Shown here: one piece after another, positions 27,583-37,210 of the stretch
Layout of the letters: every line of letters starts with the position of its first letter
Numbering within the stretch: position 1 is the stretch's first letter
Assembly: GCA_026126215.1 (NCBI GenBank)
Contig: JAHCJQ010000002.1
Location: forward strand, 16,261 to 80,260
Length of the DNA: 64,000 nt
Reading direction: 5' to 3'
From: Alphaproteobacteria bacterium
GTDB lineage: Bacteria > Pseudomonadota > Alphaproteobacteria > Ferrovibrionales > Ferrovibrionaceae
Made by a program: the position numbers and the translations under genes
Notes under the pieces: model-generated
What the model was told of the DNA's origin: nothing
Seen by the model: only the letters and a program-made list of their open reading frames with translations
Database searches by the model: none

Positions 27583-28086
27583 GTGAAACTCAGTACCAGG
27601 GGACGCTATGCCGTCATGGCGATGGCGGATCTCGCGGCGCACAGCAACGGCCGGCCGATCTCGCTCGCCGATATCGCCGGGCGGCAGGAGATTTCCCTGT
27701 CCTACCTGGAACAGCTCTTCGGCCGTCTGCGAAAGGGCGGGCTGGTGCGCAGCGTGCGCGGGCCGGGCGGCGGCTATTTGCTCGGGCGTTCCTCGCAGGA
27801 AACGCGTATTGCCGACATCGTGCTGGCGGTGGACGAACCGATCCGGGCGACGCGCTGCAAGACCGGCAGTCCGAAAGGCTGCCACGGCAATTCCGGGCGC
27901 TGCCTCACCCATGACCTGTGGGAGGAGCTGGGCAATCACATCCATCTCTTCCTCAACTCTGTCTCGCTGGCCGATGTGGTCGGGCGGCGGGTGCTCGGCG
28001 CCAGCGGCGAATTGCATCGCGGCGAACCACTTGCGGGCGCGGACGACGGTCGGGACGGCGCGCCCGTCTCGATCGCGGCGCAGTGA
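27583..28086 (+). CDS. iscR: Rrf2-family Fe-S cluster assembly regulator IscR
   Basis: MKLSTRGRYAVMAMADLA...ISLSYLEQLFGRLRKGGLVRSVRGPGGGY wHTH region, with a cluster-ligand-like pattern C-x8-C-x6-C-x2-H (RCKTGSPKGCHGNSGRCLTH). GTG start. Confidence 0.85.
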   Translation: MKLSTRGRYAVMAMADLAAHSNGRPISLADIAGRQEISLSYLEQLFGRLRKGGLVRSVRGPGGGYLLGRSSQETRIADIVLAVDEPIRATRCKTGSPKGCHGNSGRCLTHDLWEELGNHIHLFLNSVSLADVVGRRVLGASGELHRGEPLAGADDGRDGAPVSIAAQ

Positions 28087-28120
28087 GAACTGGCAGCCAG
28101 GCGGATCCGCGCATGGAACG

Positions 28121-29245
28121 ATGAACATGGCTTATCTCGATTATAACGCGACCGCACCGCTTCGCCCCGAAGCCCGTCGCGCCATGCTGGAGGCGGCCGA
28201 GTCCGGCGGCAATGCATCCTCTGTGCATGCCAGCGGGCGGCGCGCGCGGCGGATGATCGAGGAGGCGCGCGAGAGGGTTGCGGCGCTGCTCGGCGTAAAA
28301 CCAGGCGAGGTGGTGTTCACCTCAGGCGGCACCGAGGCGAACCATCTGGCGCTGCTCGGCGCTGGAGCGGACCAGGTGCTGGTCGGTGCGACGGAACATG
28401 ATTCGGTTCGCCTCGTCCGCGCGGATGCGGAAGCGCTGCCGGTCGATGGTTCGGGCCAGATCGCGCTGCAGAAGCTCGACGCGGCGCTGGCGCAGAGTGC
28501 GGGACGGGCGCTGGTTTCGGTTATGCTGGCCAACAATGAGACCGGCGTGATCCAGCCCATCGCCGAGGTGGCGCGGATAGCGCGGCGGCATGGCGCGCTG
28601 GTACATTGCGACGCGGTCCAGGCGATCGGCAAGATCGCCGTCGATCTGCGGGCCCTGGATGTCGACTTGCTGAGCCTGAGCGGCCACAAGCTTGGCGGGC
28701 CGCAGGGCGTCGGCGCGTTGCTGGTGCGGGACGGCCGCGTGCTCGAGCCGCTGTTGCGCGGTGGCGGCCAGGAGTTCGGCCGCCGCGCGGGAACCGAGAA
28801 CCTGCCAGGCATTGCCGGCATGGCCGCCGCGCTCGCCGCTTGCCTTCGCGATCTCGCCTCCATGGACGCGCTGGCGCGGCTGCGCGATGGCATGGAGGCG
28901 CGGCTTGCCGCGTTATGCCCGGAGCTGCGGGTCTGGGGAAGTGGCGCGCCGAGACTTGCCAATACGAGTTGCCTTGCCATGCCCGGCACCCTGGCCGAGA
29001 CGCAGGTCATGGCGCTGGATCTGGCCGGCATTGAGGTCAGCGCCGGCGCCGCCTGCTCCTCGGGCAAGGTCCGCCCCTCCCATGTGCTGCGGGCCATGGG
29101 GGCGAGCGAGAGCGAGGCGCGCGAGGCGATCCGCGTGAGCCTGGGCTGGGCCAGCACGGAGGAAGACGTGGAACGGTTTGTTGCGGCATGGGCCGCGCTC
29201 TACATGCGGACCGGCGGGCAGGCGGCGCGCGTCGCCGCGGCCTGA
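28121..29245 (+). CDS. NifS-like cysteine desulfurase (class V aminotransferase), first of two tandem desulfurases
   Basis: MNMAYLDYNATAPLRPE..., PLP-lysine SGHKLGGPQGVGAL and active-site Cys loop SAGAACSSGKVRPSHVL. The track ORF start at 27608 overlaps iscR and is rejected. Confidence 0.85.
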   Translation: MNMAYLDYNATAPLRPEARRAMLEAAESGGNASSVHASGRRARRMIEEARERVAALLGVKPGEVVFTSGGTEANHLALLGAGADQVLVGATEHDSVRLVRADAEALPVDGSGQIALQKLDAALAQSAGRALVSVMLANNETGVIQPIAEVARIARRHGALVHCDAVQAIGKIAVDLRALDVDLLSLSGHKLGGPQGVGALLVRDGRVLEPLLRGGGQEFGRRAGTENLPGIAGMAAALAACLRDLASMDALARLRDGMEARLAALCPELRVWGSGAPRLANTSCLAMPGTLAETQVMALDLAGIEVSAGAACSSGKVRPSHVLRAMGASESEAREAIRVSLGWASTEEDVERFVAAWAALYMRTGGQAARVAAA

Positions 29246-29266
29246 GACGGCCGGCGGAATTTCAGG

Positions 29267-30514
29267 ATGGTGCGGATGAACGAGATGAGTGGACGAGCCA
29301 ACATAAAGACGCCGATCTATCTGGACTATCAGGCGACGACGCCGATGGATCCTCGCGTGCTGGACGCGATGATGCCCTTCTTCACGACAATGTTCGGCAA
29401 TCCGCATTCGCGCAGCCATTCCTTCGGCTGGGATGCGGAGGAAGCGGTCGAGCAGGCACGTGGCCAGGTCGCGCATCTGATCGGCGCGGACGAGAAGGAA
29501 GTTATCTTTACCTCCGGCGCGACCGAATCGAACAACCTTGCCCTGAAAGGCGTGGCGCGCTTCTACAAGGATCGGCGGAACCACATCGTCACGGTGGTGA
29601 CGGAACACAAATGCGTGCTCGATACCTGCCGTCATCTGCAGCAGGAAGGTTTCGACGTCACCTACCTCAAGGTGGACAGCGACGGCCTGATCGATCTCGA
29701 AGAGCTGCGCGCGGCGGTGACGGAGCGGACAGTCGTGGTCTCCGTGATGGCGGTCAACAACGAGATCGGCGTCATCCAACCGCTCGAGGAGATCGGCCGC
29801 ATCTGCCGCGAGAAGGGTGCTTTCTTCCATACCGACGCGGCACAGGCGGTGGGCAAGATTCCGCTCGACGTGAACCGGATGAACATCGATCTGATGAGCA
29901 TCTCCGGCCACAAGATTTACGGTCCCAAGGGTGTCGGCGCCCTCTACATCCGTCGCAGGCCCCGAGTCCGGCTGGAGCCGCTCTTCTCCGGCGGCGGGCA
30001 GGAGCGCGGCTTCCGCTCCGGCACCCTGGCGCCGGCACTCTGCGTCGGCCTCGGCACCGCCTGCGCCATCGCCGAACGCGAGATGGGACAGGACAACGAG
30101 CGTGTCCGCGCGCTCTCGGAGCGCTTCCTGAAGGGCGTGCGGGAAAAAGTGCCCGAGGTCTATCTCAATGGCCACGCGGAGCGGCGCTATCCCGGCAATC
30201 TCAACCTGAGCTTCGCTTACGTCGAGGGCGAGAGCATGCTGATGGGAATCAAGGAACTGGCGGTCTCGTCCGGGTCGGCCTGCACCTCGGCCTCTCTGGA
30301 GCCCTCCTATGTCCTGCGCGCCATCGGCGTCGACGAGGAGATGGCGCATACCTCCATCCGCTTCGGTTTCGGCCGGTTCACCACCGAGGCGGAGATCGAT
30401 TTCGCCATACAGACGGTGGCGGAGCGGGTCGGCAAGCTCAGGGAGATGAGCCCGCTCTGGGAGATGGCCCAGGACGGCATCGACCTGAAATCCATCGAGT
30501 GGGCCGGCCACTGA
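29267..30514 (+). CDS. iscS: Cysteine desulfurase IscS
   Basis: [31 protein letters not shown] and [19 protein letters not shown]. The C-terminus is typical of group I IscS. The start is one of ATG 29267, 29276 or 29285. Confidence 0.92.
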   Translation: MVRMNEMSGRANIKTPIYLDYQATTPMDPRVLDAMMPFFTTMFGNPHSRSHSFGWDAEEAVEQARGQVAHLIGADEKEVIFTSGATESNNLALKGVARFYKDRRNHIVTVVTEHKCVLDTCRHLQQEGFDVTYLKVDSDGLIDLEELRAAVTERTVVVSVMAVNNEIGVIQPLEEIGRICREKGAFFHTDAAQAVGKIPLDVNRMNIDLMSISGHKIYGPKGVGALYIRRRPRVRLEPLFSGGGQERGFRSGTLAPALCVGLGTACAIAEREMGQDNERVRALSERFLKGVREKVPEVYLNGHAERRYPGNLNLSFAYVEGESMLMGIKELAVSSGSACTSASLEPSYVLRAIGVDEEMAHTSIRFGFGRFTTEAEIDFAIQTVAERVGKLREMSPLWEMAQDGIDLKSIEWAGH

Positions 30515-30586
30515 ATCGTGACGGGAAATCACTGGACACGGGGCGTTCGCGCCCTTAACTGAAGGACCGACCAAGGGAGTATTGCA

Positions 30587-31003
30587 ATGGCTTACAGTGA
30601 CAAGGTCGTCGATCATTACGAAAATCCCCGCAACGTCGGCTCGTTTGAAAAGGGCGATCAGGCGGTCGGCACCGGACTGGTCGGCGCGCCGGCCTGTGGC
30701 GACGTCATGAAGCTGCAGATCAAGGTGAACGAGGCTGGCATCATCGAGGATGCGAAGTTCAAGACTTTTGGCTGCGGCTCGGCCATTGCCTCGTCGAGCC
30801 TGGTGACCGAATGGGTCAAGGGCAAGACGCTCGACCAGGCGGAGGCGATCAAGAATACCGAGATCGCCCAGCATCTGGCGCTGCCGCCGGTGAAGATCCA
30901 CTGCTCGGTCCTGGCCGAGGATGCGATCAAAGCGGCGATCGCCGACTACCGCAAGAAGCGGGACGGCGCCGACGCCGGAAGCAAGGCCGACACGGCGGCC
31001 TGA
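30587..31003 (+). CDS. iscU: Fe-S cluster scaffold IscU
   Basis: MAYSDKVVDHYENPRNVGSF...GAPACGDVMKLQI...FKTFGCGSAIASSS...LPPVKIHCSVLAEDA. Confidence 0.95.
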   Translation: MAYSDKVVDHYENPRNVGSFEKGDQAVGTGLVGAPACGDVMKLQIKVNEAGIIEDAKFKTFGCGSAIASSSLVTEWVKGKTLDQAEAIKNTEIAQHLALPPVKIHCSVLAEDAIKAAIADYRKKRDGADAGSKADTAA

Positions 31004-31023
31004 GGCGCGAGGGACCGAAGAAG

Positions 31024-31359
31024 ATGGCTCGGCATGCACTGAACATCACCGATAGCGCCGCCCAACGGGTGAAGGAGTTGCTGGCGAAGCGTGGCAAGCC
31101 GGCGGTCGGCGTGCGCGTCGGCATCCGGACCGCTGGCTGCTCGGGCCTTTCCTACACGCTCGAATATGCCGACGAGAAGGGCAAGTTCGACGAAGTGGTC
31201 GAGGACAAGGGTGTTACCGTCCTGATCGATCCGAAGGCGGTGATGTTCCTGCTCGGCACCACGATGGACTGGTCGGAGGACAAGCTCAAGAAGGGCTTCG
31301 TCTTCAGCAATCCCAACGAGAAGGGACGCTGCGGCTGCGGTGAGTCGTTCCACGTCTGA
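31024..31359 (+). CDS. iscA: A-type Fe-S carrier IscA
   Basis: ITDSAAQRVKELL...GCSGLSY... with C-terminal CGCGESFHV. Start at ATG 31024. Confidence 0.9.
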   Translation: MARHALNITDSAAQRVKELLAKRGKPAVGVRVGIRTAGCSGLSYTLEYADEKGKFDEVVEDKGVTVLIDPKAVMFLLGTTMDWSEDKLKKGFVFSNPNEKGRCGCGESFHV

Positions 31360-31476
31360 CGCGACGCGGGCCGGCGGGCCGCCGGCCGGATGCGCGGGCG
31401 TCCTGTTGAACCTGTGGCAAAGGGGGCCGTGCCGGGCGGCGCGGCCCCCGCTTCATTGTGACGAGGGGCCTACGAA

Positions 31477-32112
31477 GTGAGCGAGGAGCGGGCGGAGAAG
31501 GGCGGCAGCGCGGGCAGCATGCGCGACTGCTGGTCCTGCGGCACGACGGTCGCCGTGCGCGCGCCTTTCTGTCACGCCTGCGGCGTGATCCAGGCACCGC
31601 AGCCTGTCGACCACTTCACGCGCCTCAACCTGCCGGCGCGCTTCGATCTGCAGAGGGCGGACATCGAGCGGCAGTATTTCGGCTTGCAGCGCTATTTCCA
31701 CCCCGACCGTTTCGCCGCCAAGCCGGCGCGCGAGCGTGCACTTTCCTCCCAGCATGCGACCGACCTCAACGAAGCCTACGAGGTGGTGAAGGACCCGTTG
31801 CGGCGGGCGGAGTATCTGCTCGCCCTGATGGGACGGCCGGTTCAGGGCGATGCCTGCTCGACGATCAGCGATCCCAGGGTCCTGCTCGAAGCCATGGAGA
31901 TGCGGGAGGAGCTGGCTGAGGCGCAGTCGGCGGCGGAGATCGAGAGTATCGTCGCGCGCGTCGAGGCGGAATGCGAAGCGGTTCTGGACGAGGTGGCCGA
32001 TGCGTTCGCGCGCGAGGCGTTCGATCTGGCCGGCCGGCATTGCATCCGCCTGCGCTACCTGACCAGGCTTGCCGCCGAGGCGCATGAGCGCCGAGCCCGG
32101 CTCGAGGCGTGA
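31477..32112 (+). CDS. hscB: Co-chaperone HscB (J-domain) with N-terminal tetracysteine module
   Basis: J-domain region DHFTRLNLPARFDL...LQRYFHPDRF...LNEAYEVVKDPLRRAEYLL. The N-terminus is CWSCG-x10-FCHACG. The start is GTG 31477 or ATG 31519. Confidence 0.85.
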   Translation: MSEERAEKGGSAGSMRDCWSCGTTVAVRAPFCHACGVIQAPQPVDHFTRLNLPARFDLQRADIERQYFGLQRYFHPDRFAAKPARERALSSQHATDLNEAYEVVKDPLRRAEYLLALMGRPVQGDACSTISDPRVLLEAMEMREELAEAQSAAEIESIVARVEAECEAVLDEVADAFAREAFDLAGRHCIRLRYLTRLAAEAHERRARLEA

Positions 32113-32117
32113 GCGCC

Positions 32118-34016
32118 ATGCAGATCCTCGAAATCCACGAGCCGGGCGAAACGCCGCTCCCGCACGCCGAGGATCGGCGTCCTGCGGTCGGTATCGATCT
32201 CGGCACGACGAACTCTCTCGTTGCGCTGTCGCAGGACCAGAAGCCGGAGGTGCTGTGCGATCCCGATGGCAGCGCGATGGTGCCCTCGGTTGTCGCCTAT
32301 TCAGGTACGGGCGAGGTCCTGGTGGGTGAGGCCGCGCGTCGTCATCTGCTCGAGGAGCCGGACCTGGTGGTCAGCTCGATCAAGCGGCTGATGGGGCGTG
32401 GGCCGGAGGATCTCAAGCGTCTCGCCGGAAGCCTGCCTTTCGAGCTGGAGCCGGCCGAGGACGGCCGCATGGTCCGCCTGCGCATTGGCGAGCGGCGCCT
32501 GACGCCGGTCGAGATTTCCGCCGATATCCTGCGTGCCCTGAAAGCCCGGGCCGAACGCGCGCTAGGGCGCGAGATCGGCCAGGCAGTGATCACCGTGCCG
32601 GCCTATTTCGACGATGCCGCCCGCACCGCGACGCGGGATGCGGCCCGGCTGGCCGGACTGGAGGTGCTGCGCCTCGTCAACGAGCCGACCGCTGCCGCGC
32701 TGGCCTATGGCCTCGATCAGGGTGCGGAGGGGCTCTATGCGATCTACGACCTGGGTGGCGGCACCTTCGACGTCTCGATCCTGCGTCTCGAGAAGGGGGT
32801 CTTTCAGGTTCTGGCGACTGGCGGCGACGCGGCCCTGGGTGGCGACGATTTTGATCATGCGATCGCCGAGCGCTTCCTGGCGGAGCGGGCGCGCCAGTTG
32901 GGCGCGGAGACGCTGTCGGTGGCTGCGACCAAGCAGGCGCTGGTTACCGCGCGCCTCGCGAAGGAATGTCTCACCGACCGCACCCAGGGCGAATGGGTGC
33001 TCGATCTCGATGGGCGGACCTCGCGTCACCGGCTCGATGCAGGGTCCTTCGAGGCCCTGGTGGCACCGCTGGTCGAGCGCACCATCGCCACCGCCAAGCG
33101 GGTTCTTTTCGATGCCCGGCTCAAGCCTCAGGATGTGCGGGGCGTCGTGATGGTTGGCGGTTCGACACGGGTGCCGCTGGTCCGCCGTAAGGTGGCGGAG
33201 CTGTTCGGTCGCGAGCCGCTGGCGAATATCGATCCCGATCAGGTTGTGGCGCTGGGCGCCGCGCTGCAGGCCGAGGCGCTGACGCACGGCTCGGACACGT
33301 TGCTGCTCGACGTCACGCCGCTCTCGCTCGGCATCGAGACGATGGGCGGACTGGTCGAAAAGGTGATCCATCGCAATTCGACCATCCCTGTGGCGCGGGC
33401 GCAGGAATTCACCACCTACCAGGACGGCCAGTCGGCCATGCTCATCCATGTGGTGCAGGGCGAGCGCGAGATGGCTCGCCAGAACCGGTCGCTGGCCCGC
33501 TTCGAGTTGCGTGGCATTCCGCCGATGGTGGCCGGCGCCGCGCGCATTCGCGTCAGCTTCGCGGTGGATGCGGACGGGCTGCTCACCGTGAGCGCCGAGG
33601 AAAAGACCACCGGTGTCGCCGCCCATGTCGAGGTGAAGCCGTCCTATGGCCTGACCGAGGAGGAGATGGCCGCCATGCTGCGGGAAAGCATGGAACATGC
33701 GCGCGAGGACATGGAGGCGCGCCTGCTCGCCGAGGCGCGCGTCTCGGCCGACCGGGTCCTGCTCGCCCTGCGTGGTGCGCTGCGCGCCGATGGCGGGCTG
33801 CTTGATGCCGCCGAGCGCCAGACGATCGACGCGGCTGTGGCAAAGCTCGAACGGTCGAAGGAAGGCGAGGACCGCGGCGCGATCCAGGATGCAATCGAGG
33901 AACTCGATCACGCGACGCAGGATTTCGCAGCCCGCCGGATGGACCGCAACATCGCGGCCGCGCTGAAGGGCGTGTCGGTCGATCAGCTTGGCCGCAAGAC
34001 GGGGTCGGGCGAATGA
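32118..34016 (+). CDS. hscA: Fe-S cluster assembly chaperone HscA (Hsp70 family)
   Basis: [36 protein letters not shown] aligns by eye with the E. coli HscA N-terminus. The body is Hsp70-like ([12 protein letters not shown]). Confidence 0.92.
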   Translation: MQILEIHEPGETPLPHAEDRRPAVGIDLGTTNSLVALSQDQKPEVLCDPDGSAMVPSVVAYSGTGEVLVGEAARRHLLEEPDLVVSSIKRLMGRGPEDLKRLAGSLPFELEPAEDGRMVRLRIGERRLTPVEISADILRALKARAERALGREIGQAVITVPAYFDDAARTATRDAARLAGLEVLRLVNEPTAAALAYGLDQGAEGLYAIYDLGGGTFDVSILRLEKGVFQVLATGGDAALGGDDFDHAIAERFLAERARQLGAETLSVAATKQALVTARLAKECLTDRTQGEWVLDLDGRTSRHRLDAGSFEALVAPLVERTIATAKRVLFDARLKPQDVRGVVMVGGSTRVPLVRRKVAELFGREPLANIDPDQVVALGAALQAEALTHGSDTLLLDVTPLSLGIETMGGLVEKVIHRNSTIPVARAQEFTTYQDGQSAMLIHVVQGEREMARQNRSLARFELRGIPPMVAGAARIRVSFAVDADGLLTVSAEEKTTGVAAHVEVKPSYGLTEEEMAAMLRESMEHAREDMEARLLAEARVSADRVLLALRGALRADGGLLDAAERQTIDAAVAKLERSKEGEDRGAIQDAIEELDHATQDFAARRMDRNIAAALKGVSVDQLGRKTGSGE

Positions 34017-34053
34017 CGGGGTTGGAAGGGTTTATTGGCGAGGAGCAGGCTTG

Positions 34054-34389
34054 ATGCCCAAGATGACGTTCATCAGTCCCGACGGCAAGCGCACGGAAGT
34101 GGAGGCGCCGGTCGGACTATCGGTGCTCGAGATCGCGCACCGCAACAATATCGACCTGGAGGGCGCCTGCGAGGGCTCTCTTGCCTGCTCGACTTGCCAT
34201 GTCATCGTCGATCCGGAGGATTTCGACCGGCTCAGCGAGCCGAAGGAGGAAGAGGAAGACATGCTCGACCTTGCTTTCGGCCTGACCCATACCTCGCGGC
34301 TTGGCTGCCAGATCATCATGACCGAGGAACTGGACGGACTGACGGTCACCTTGCCGGCCGCTACGCGCAACATGATGGTGGACAAGTAG
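34054..34389 (+). CDS. fdx: [2Fe-2S] ferredoxin, adrenodoxin/ISC type
   Basis: [13 protein letters not shown]...[12 protein letters not shown]...RLGCQI, the C-x5-C-x2-C...C ligand pattern. Confidence 0.9.
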   Translation: MPKMTFISPDGKRTEVEAPVGLSVLEIAHRNNIDLEGACEGSLACSTCHVIVDPEDFDRLSEPKEEEEDMLDLAFGLTHTSRLGCQIIMTEELDGLTVTLPAATRNMMVDK

Positions 34390-34412
34390 CTCGCCGGACC
34401 GGGGGAACAGCC

Positions 34413-34613
34413 ATGGGATTGAAATGGACCGACGTGATCGACATCGCGATCGAGCTGTCCGAACGGCACCCCGACGTGGATGTGGTCAATATCCGCTTCA
34501 CCGATCTTCATAAATGGATCTGCGAACTGCCGGATTTCGACGACGATCCGAAGCGCTCCAACGAGAAGATCCTCGAAGCGATCCAGATGGCCTGGCTCGA
34601 CGAGAAGGACTGA
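34413..34613 (+). CDS. iscX: Fe-S assembly protein IscX
   Basis: 66-aa acidic protein [46 protein letters not shown], in the last position of the isc operon. Confidence 0.8.
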   Translation: MGLKWTDVIDIAIELSERHPDVDVVNIRFTDLHKWICELPDFDDDPKRSNEKILEAIQMAWLDEKD

Positions 34614-34621
34614 AGCGGCTT

Positions 34622-34936
34622 TTACGATCCGCTTTTCAGTTCAATCTCGACGAAGGCGAACGGAAACGGGTTGTCGTTGATCACGTCGTGCTCGACGCCC
34701 GTCTGCCGCGCGTAGGAACGCCCGGCGACCAGCTCGGCATGCTGCTCTCCCGCTTCCGAGGAGATGAGCAGGCGGCCCGTCGTGAGCGGCACCACCACAT
34801 AATCCATGCCATGGCGGTGCCAGCCGGTATGCGCACCGGGCGCGAAGCGCCATTCCGTGACCACGACCCGGTCGGTCTCCAATTGTCTGATCCCCTCGGC
34901 GAGGGGCCGTTCTGCGTGGCTGTCTCTGTCCGTCAT
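34622..34936 (-). CDS. Cupin-domain protein (104 aa)
   Basis: Last 104 codons of track ORF 34622..35560. Cupin motif GAHTGWHRHGMDYVVVPL. Its ATG overlaps the stop of the upstream reductase gene (ATGA at 34933-34936). Confidence 0.7.
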   Translation of the reverse strand: MTDRDSHAERPLAEGIRQLETDRVVVTEWRFAPGAHTGWHRHGMDYVVVPLTTGRLLISSEAGEQHAELVAGRSYARQTGVEHDVINDNPFPFAFVEIELKSGS

Positions 34937-36219
34937 TGTCCGACCTCGTCCCTGCCGGCGAGAACCCGCTCGATGTCGCTTCGGCGCACGAGCTTGACGC
35001 GCGGTGCCTCGCTGCCCGTCGCGGCTTGCATCTCCGCCGCCTCGATCCGCTTCCAGTCGGCGAAGCAGACCGGGCGCAGGCCGCGCGCCGCCAGACGTCG
35101 GTCCAGTCCAGCTGGCCCAGGTTTGGCCTGGTCGGTCGCCACCTCCTCGAGCAGCCGTTCGGCCAGTTCCGCTGAATCGCCACGGTTGGTGGCAATCACG
35201 CCAGACGGGCCGCGCCTTGCCCAGCCTACGACATAAAGGCCAGGCGCGACCGCGCCATCCCTGTTGGCCACGATACCGCGCGCCTCGTCGAGGAGAACAT
35301 CCCGCACTGGTCCGCAGCGATAGCCTATGCAGCTCACCACGAGGTCCGCGCCGATCCGGCTCAGACCGCCCGGGCCTTCGAGCAGTAGCCCGTCGCCTGT
35401 TATCTCGCGGGGAACGGCGTGGAAGCGAAAATGAATGCGGACCGGCCGGTCGTCCTCCGCCAGTTGGGCGAAGCCGCGCAGGGTGGCAAGGTTTGCTTCT
35501 TTGACCTTGCGCAGCGCCGGATCGACCTCGCCGAGCGTCGCCGGCAGGTCTTCCGGGCACACGACCGGGCGAGCGCGTTCGAGACGACCAAGCTCCGCCA
35601 GTTCGGCATTGGTAAAGCTCGCCTCCACCGGGCCGCGCCGCCCGATCAGGTGAATTTCGCGGATCGGCGCCGCCGCGATGGCTGTGGCGGCGTGCGGCGC
35701 CAGATCGGACTTCGCCATTTCTGCCGGCGTCTTGGCGAGGACGCGGACGACGTCGATGGCGACATTGCCGTTGCCGATCACCGCGACGCTCCGCACGCCG
35801 CCCATTTCCACGGGCAGGTCGGCGAAGTCCGGATGACCGTTGTACCAGCCGACGAAGGCCGCCGAGCCAAAAACGTTGCGGCGGTCCTCGCCCCGGATGC
35901 CAAGGCGCCGGTCGACGCTGGCGCCGCAGGCGAGCACGACGGCGTCATAATCCTCCTGCAACTCCGCGAGGGCGACGTCGCGCCCCAGTTCGACCCCGCC
36001 GAGGAAGCGCAAACCTGCCTTTTGCAGCAGCCGGTCGAAGACGCGGGTCACGACCTTGGTGCCTTGATGATCCGGCGCCACGCCATAGCGGACCAGGCCA
36101 TAGGGCATGGGCAGGCGGTCAATTATGTCGATGCGCGCGTCGGGACGCTTGCGAGCGATGGCTTCCGCGCAATAGAGGCCGGATGGCCCAGCCCCGATGA
36201 TGGCGACGGCCAGGCTCAT
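34933..36219 (-). CDS. Adrenodoxin-reductase-type (FprA-like) NADPH:ferredoxin oxidoreductase
   Basis: FAD fold VAIIGAGPSGLYCAE, GLVRYGVAPDH and NADP fold VAVIGNGNVAIDVVR, plus GWYNGHPDF. Start at ATG 36219. Confidence 0.8.
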   Translation of the reverse strand: MSLAVAIIGAGPSGLYCAEAIARKRPDARIDIIDRLPMPYGLVRYGVAPDHQGTKVVTRVFDRLLQKAGLRFLGGVELGRDVALAELQEDYDAVVLACGASVDRRLGIRGEDRRNVFGSAAFVGWYNGHPDFADLPVEMGGVRSVAVIGNGNVAIDVVRVLAKTPAEMAKSDLAPHAATAIAAAPIREIHLIGRRGPVEASFTNAELAELGRLERARPVVCPEDLPATLGEVDPALRKVKEANLATLRGFAQLAEDDRPVRIHFRFHAVPREITGDGLLLEGPGGLSRIGADLVVSCIGYRCGPVRDVLLDEARGIVANRDGAVAPGLYVVGWARRGPSGVIATNRGDSAELAERLLEEVATDQAKPGPAGLDRRLAARGLRPVCFADWKRIEAAEMQAATGSEAPRVKLVRRSDIERVLAGRDEVGQ

Positions 36220-36319
36220 ATGGCCCGCGCCTCCTGGCGCGCGCCCGGCGCAAAGGCCCAATGGCATTTCATGCGAGTCTCCGGGGGCATTGCGGGGAAC
36301 CCTGGTTGCGGCGCGCCAA

Positions 36320-36355
36320 TTGACAGCGGGAAGTGATACAATACATTCGATACAA
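36320..36355 (+). promoter_or_regulatory. Promoter/operator candidate in the divergent reductase / PaaA-like spacer
   Basis: TTGACA (36320-36325), followed by the direct repeat GATACAA-N7-GATACAA (36335-36355) in a locally AT-enriched stretch. No cognate regulator has been identified. Confidence 0.25.
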
Positions 36356-36391
36356 CCAATAATTCTGCGTCATGTCGCGGGAGGCAGGCCG

Positions 36392-37210
36392 ATGCCGAAA
36401 TTCAGGACCTATGACAAGGGCGATCCGCTGCCGGACGACTACCGGAAAGCATTGATCAATCTCCTTTCCTTTCAGGCCGACAGCGAATATGCCGGCGGTC
36501 AGCGGGTGGCCGAGAATATCAGATTCGCGCCCCGGCCGGAGGAAGCCTATCGCCTCTCCAAGAAGGTGATGGAGGAATTTGGCCATGCCTACTATTGCTG
36601 GAACATTCTGGCCGATCTCGGCGTCGATGTGGACGCGCGCCTGCGCGAGCTGCTTACGAACAAGGAAAACCCGGATCCGGCCAAGGTAAACGTAATCAAC
36701 GGGTTCCGGCGTGAAAACTGGTCGCACTATTTCGATAGCTGGCAGGACGTAGCGCTCTTCTCCACCGTCGTCACCCCGGCGGCCGTCGCCTTCCTCGGGC
36801 AGTATCGCGAATGTTCCTACCTGCCCTGGGCTCGGGTCAACGTGCGCATCCACAAGGAGGAGCACGGGCACCTTGCCTTCGGCGTCTGGGCCGCCAAACG
36901 CTGCATCGAGTTCGGCGGCGAGAAAATGCGCGAGGACATGCAGGCGCGGGTGCCGAAGTTCATGCGTATGGGCCTCGGCTTCTATGGCCGGCCATCGACC
37001 GGCAGGAACGCGTCCGCGATGTTCGACCAGTATTACGAATGGGGCCTGAAGACGAAGAAGCCGGAGGAGCTTCAGGCGGAGTACATGGAGTTGATGTCGG
37101 AACGTCTGCGCGATGTCGGCCTGGAGGTGCCGCAGGGCGTCGAGGCCGATTACGACATGCGCATCGGCTACAACATGGACGAGCCGGTGCGCGCCGGTGC
37201 CGCCTTGTGA
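36392..37210 (+). CDS. PaaA-like ferritin-fold di-iron protein (phenylacetyl-CoA epoxidase catalytic-subunit family), copy 1
   Basis: ATG 36392 preceded by GGGAGG. LPDDYRKALINLLSFQADSEYAGG...KKVMEEFGHAYY...RIHKEEHGHLAFG aligns by eye with E. coli PaaA and includes two ExxH motifs. Confidence 0.8.
   Translation: MPKFRTYDKGDPLPDDYRKALINLLSFQADSEYAGGQRVAENIRFAPRPEEAYRLSKKVMEEFGHAYYCWNILADLGVDVDARLRELLTNKENPDPAKVNVINGFRRENWSHYFDSWQDVALFSTVVTPAAVAFLGQYRECSYLPWARVNVRIHKEEHGHLAFGVWAAKRCIEFGGEKMREDMQARVPKFMRMGLGFYGRPSTGRNASAMFDQYYEWGLKTKKPEELQAEYMELMSERLRDVGLEVPQGVEADYDMRIGYNMDEPVRAGAAL

Noticed and set aside
27608-28120. N-terminal extension of the NifS-like desulfurase that would overlap iscR almost completely.
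   Set aside because: The IscR frame is the conserved one. The desulfurase N-terminal consensus (MAYLDYNATAP) begins at ATG 28121.
28913-31039. 708-aa minus-strand ORF across iscS and iscU.
   Set aside because: It is antisense to two of the most recognisable genes in the window and has no motifs of its own.
34933-36219. The AdR-type reductase as the last gene of the isc operon.
   Set aside because: It is on the opposite strand, translationally coupled to a cupin, and shares a divergent promoter region with the PaaA-like gene. A functional link to ISC Fdx is kept only as an alternative hypothesis.
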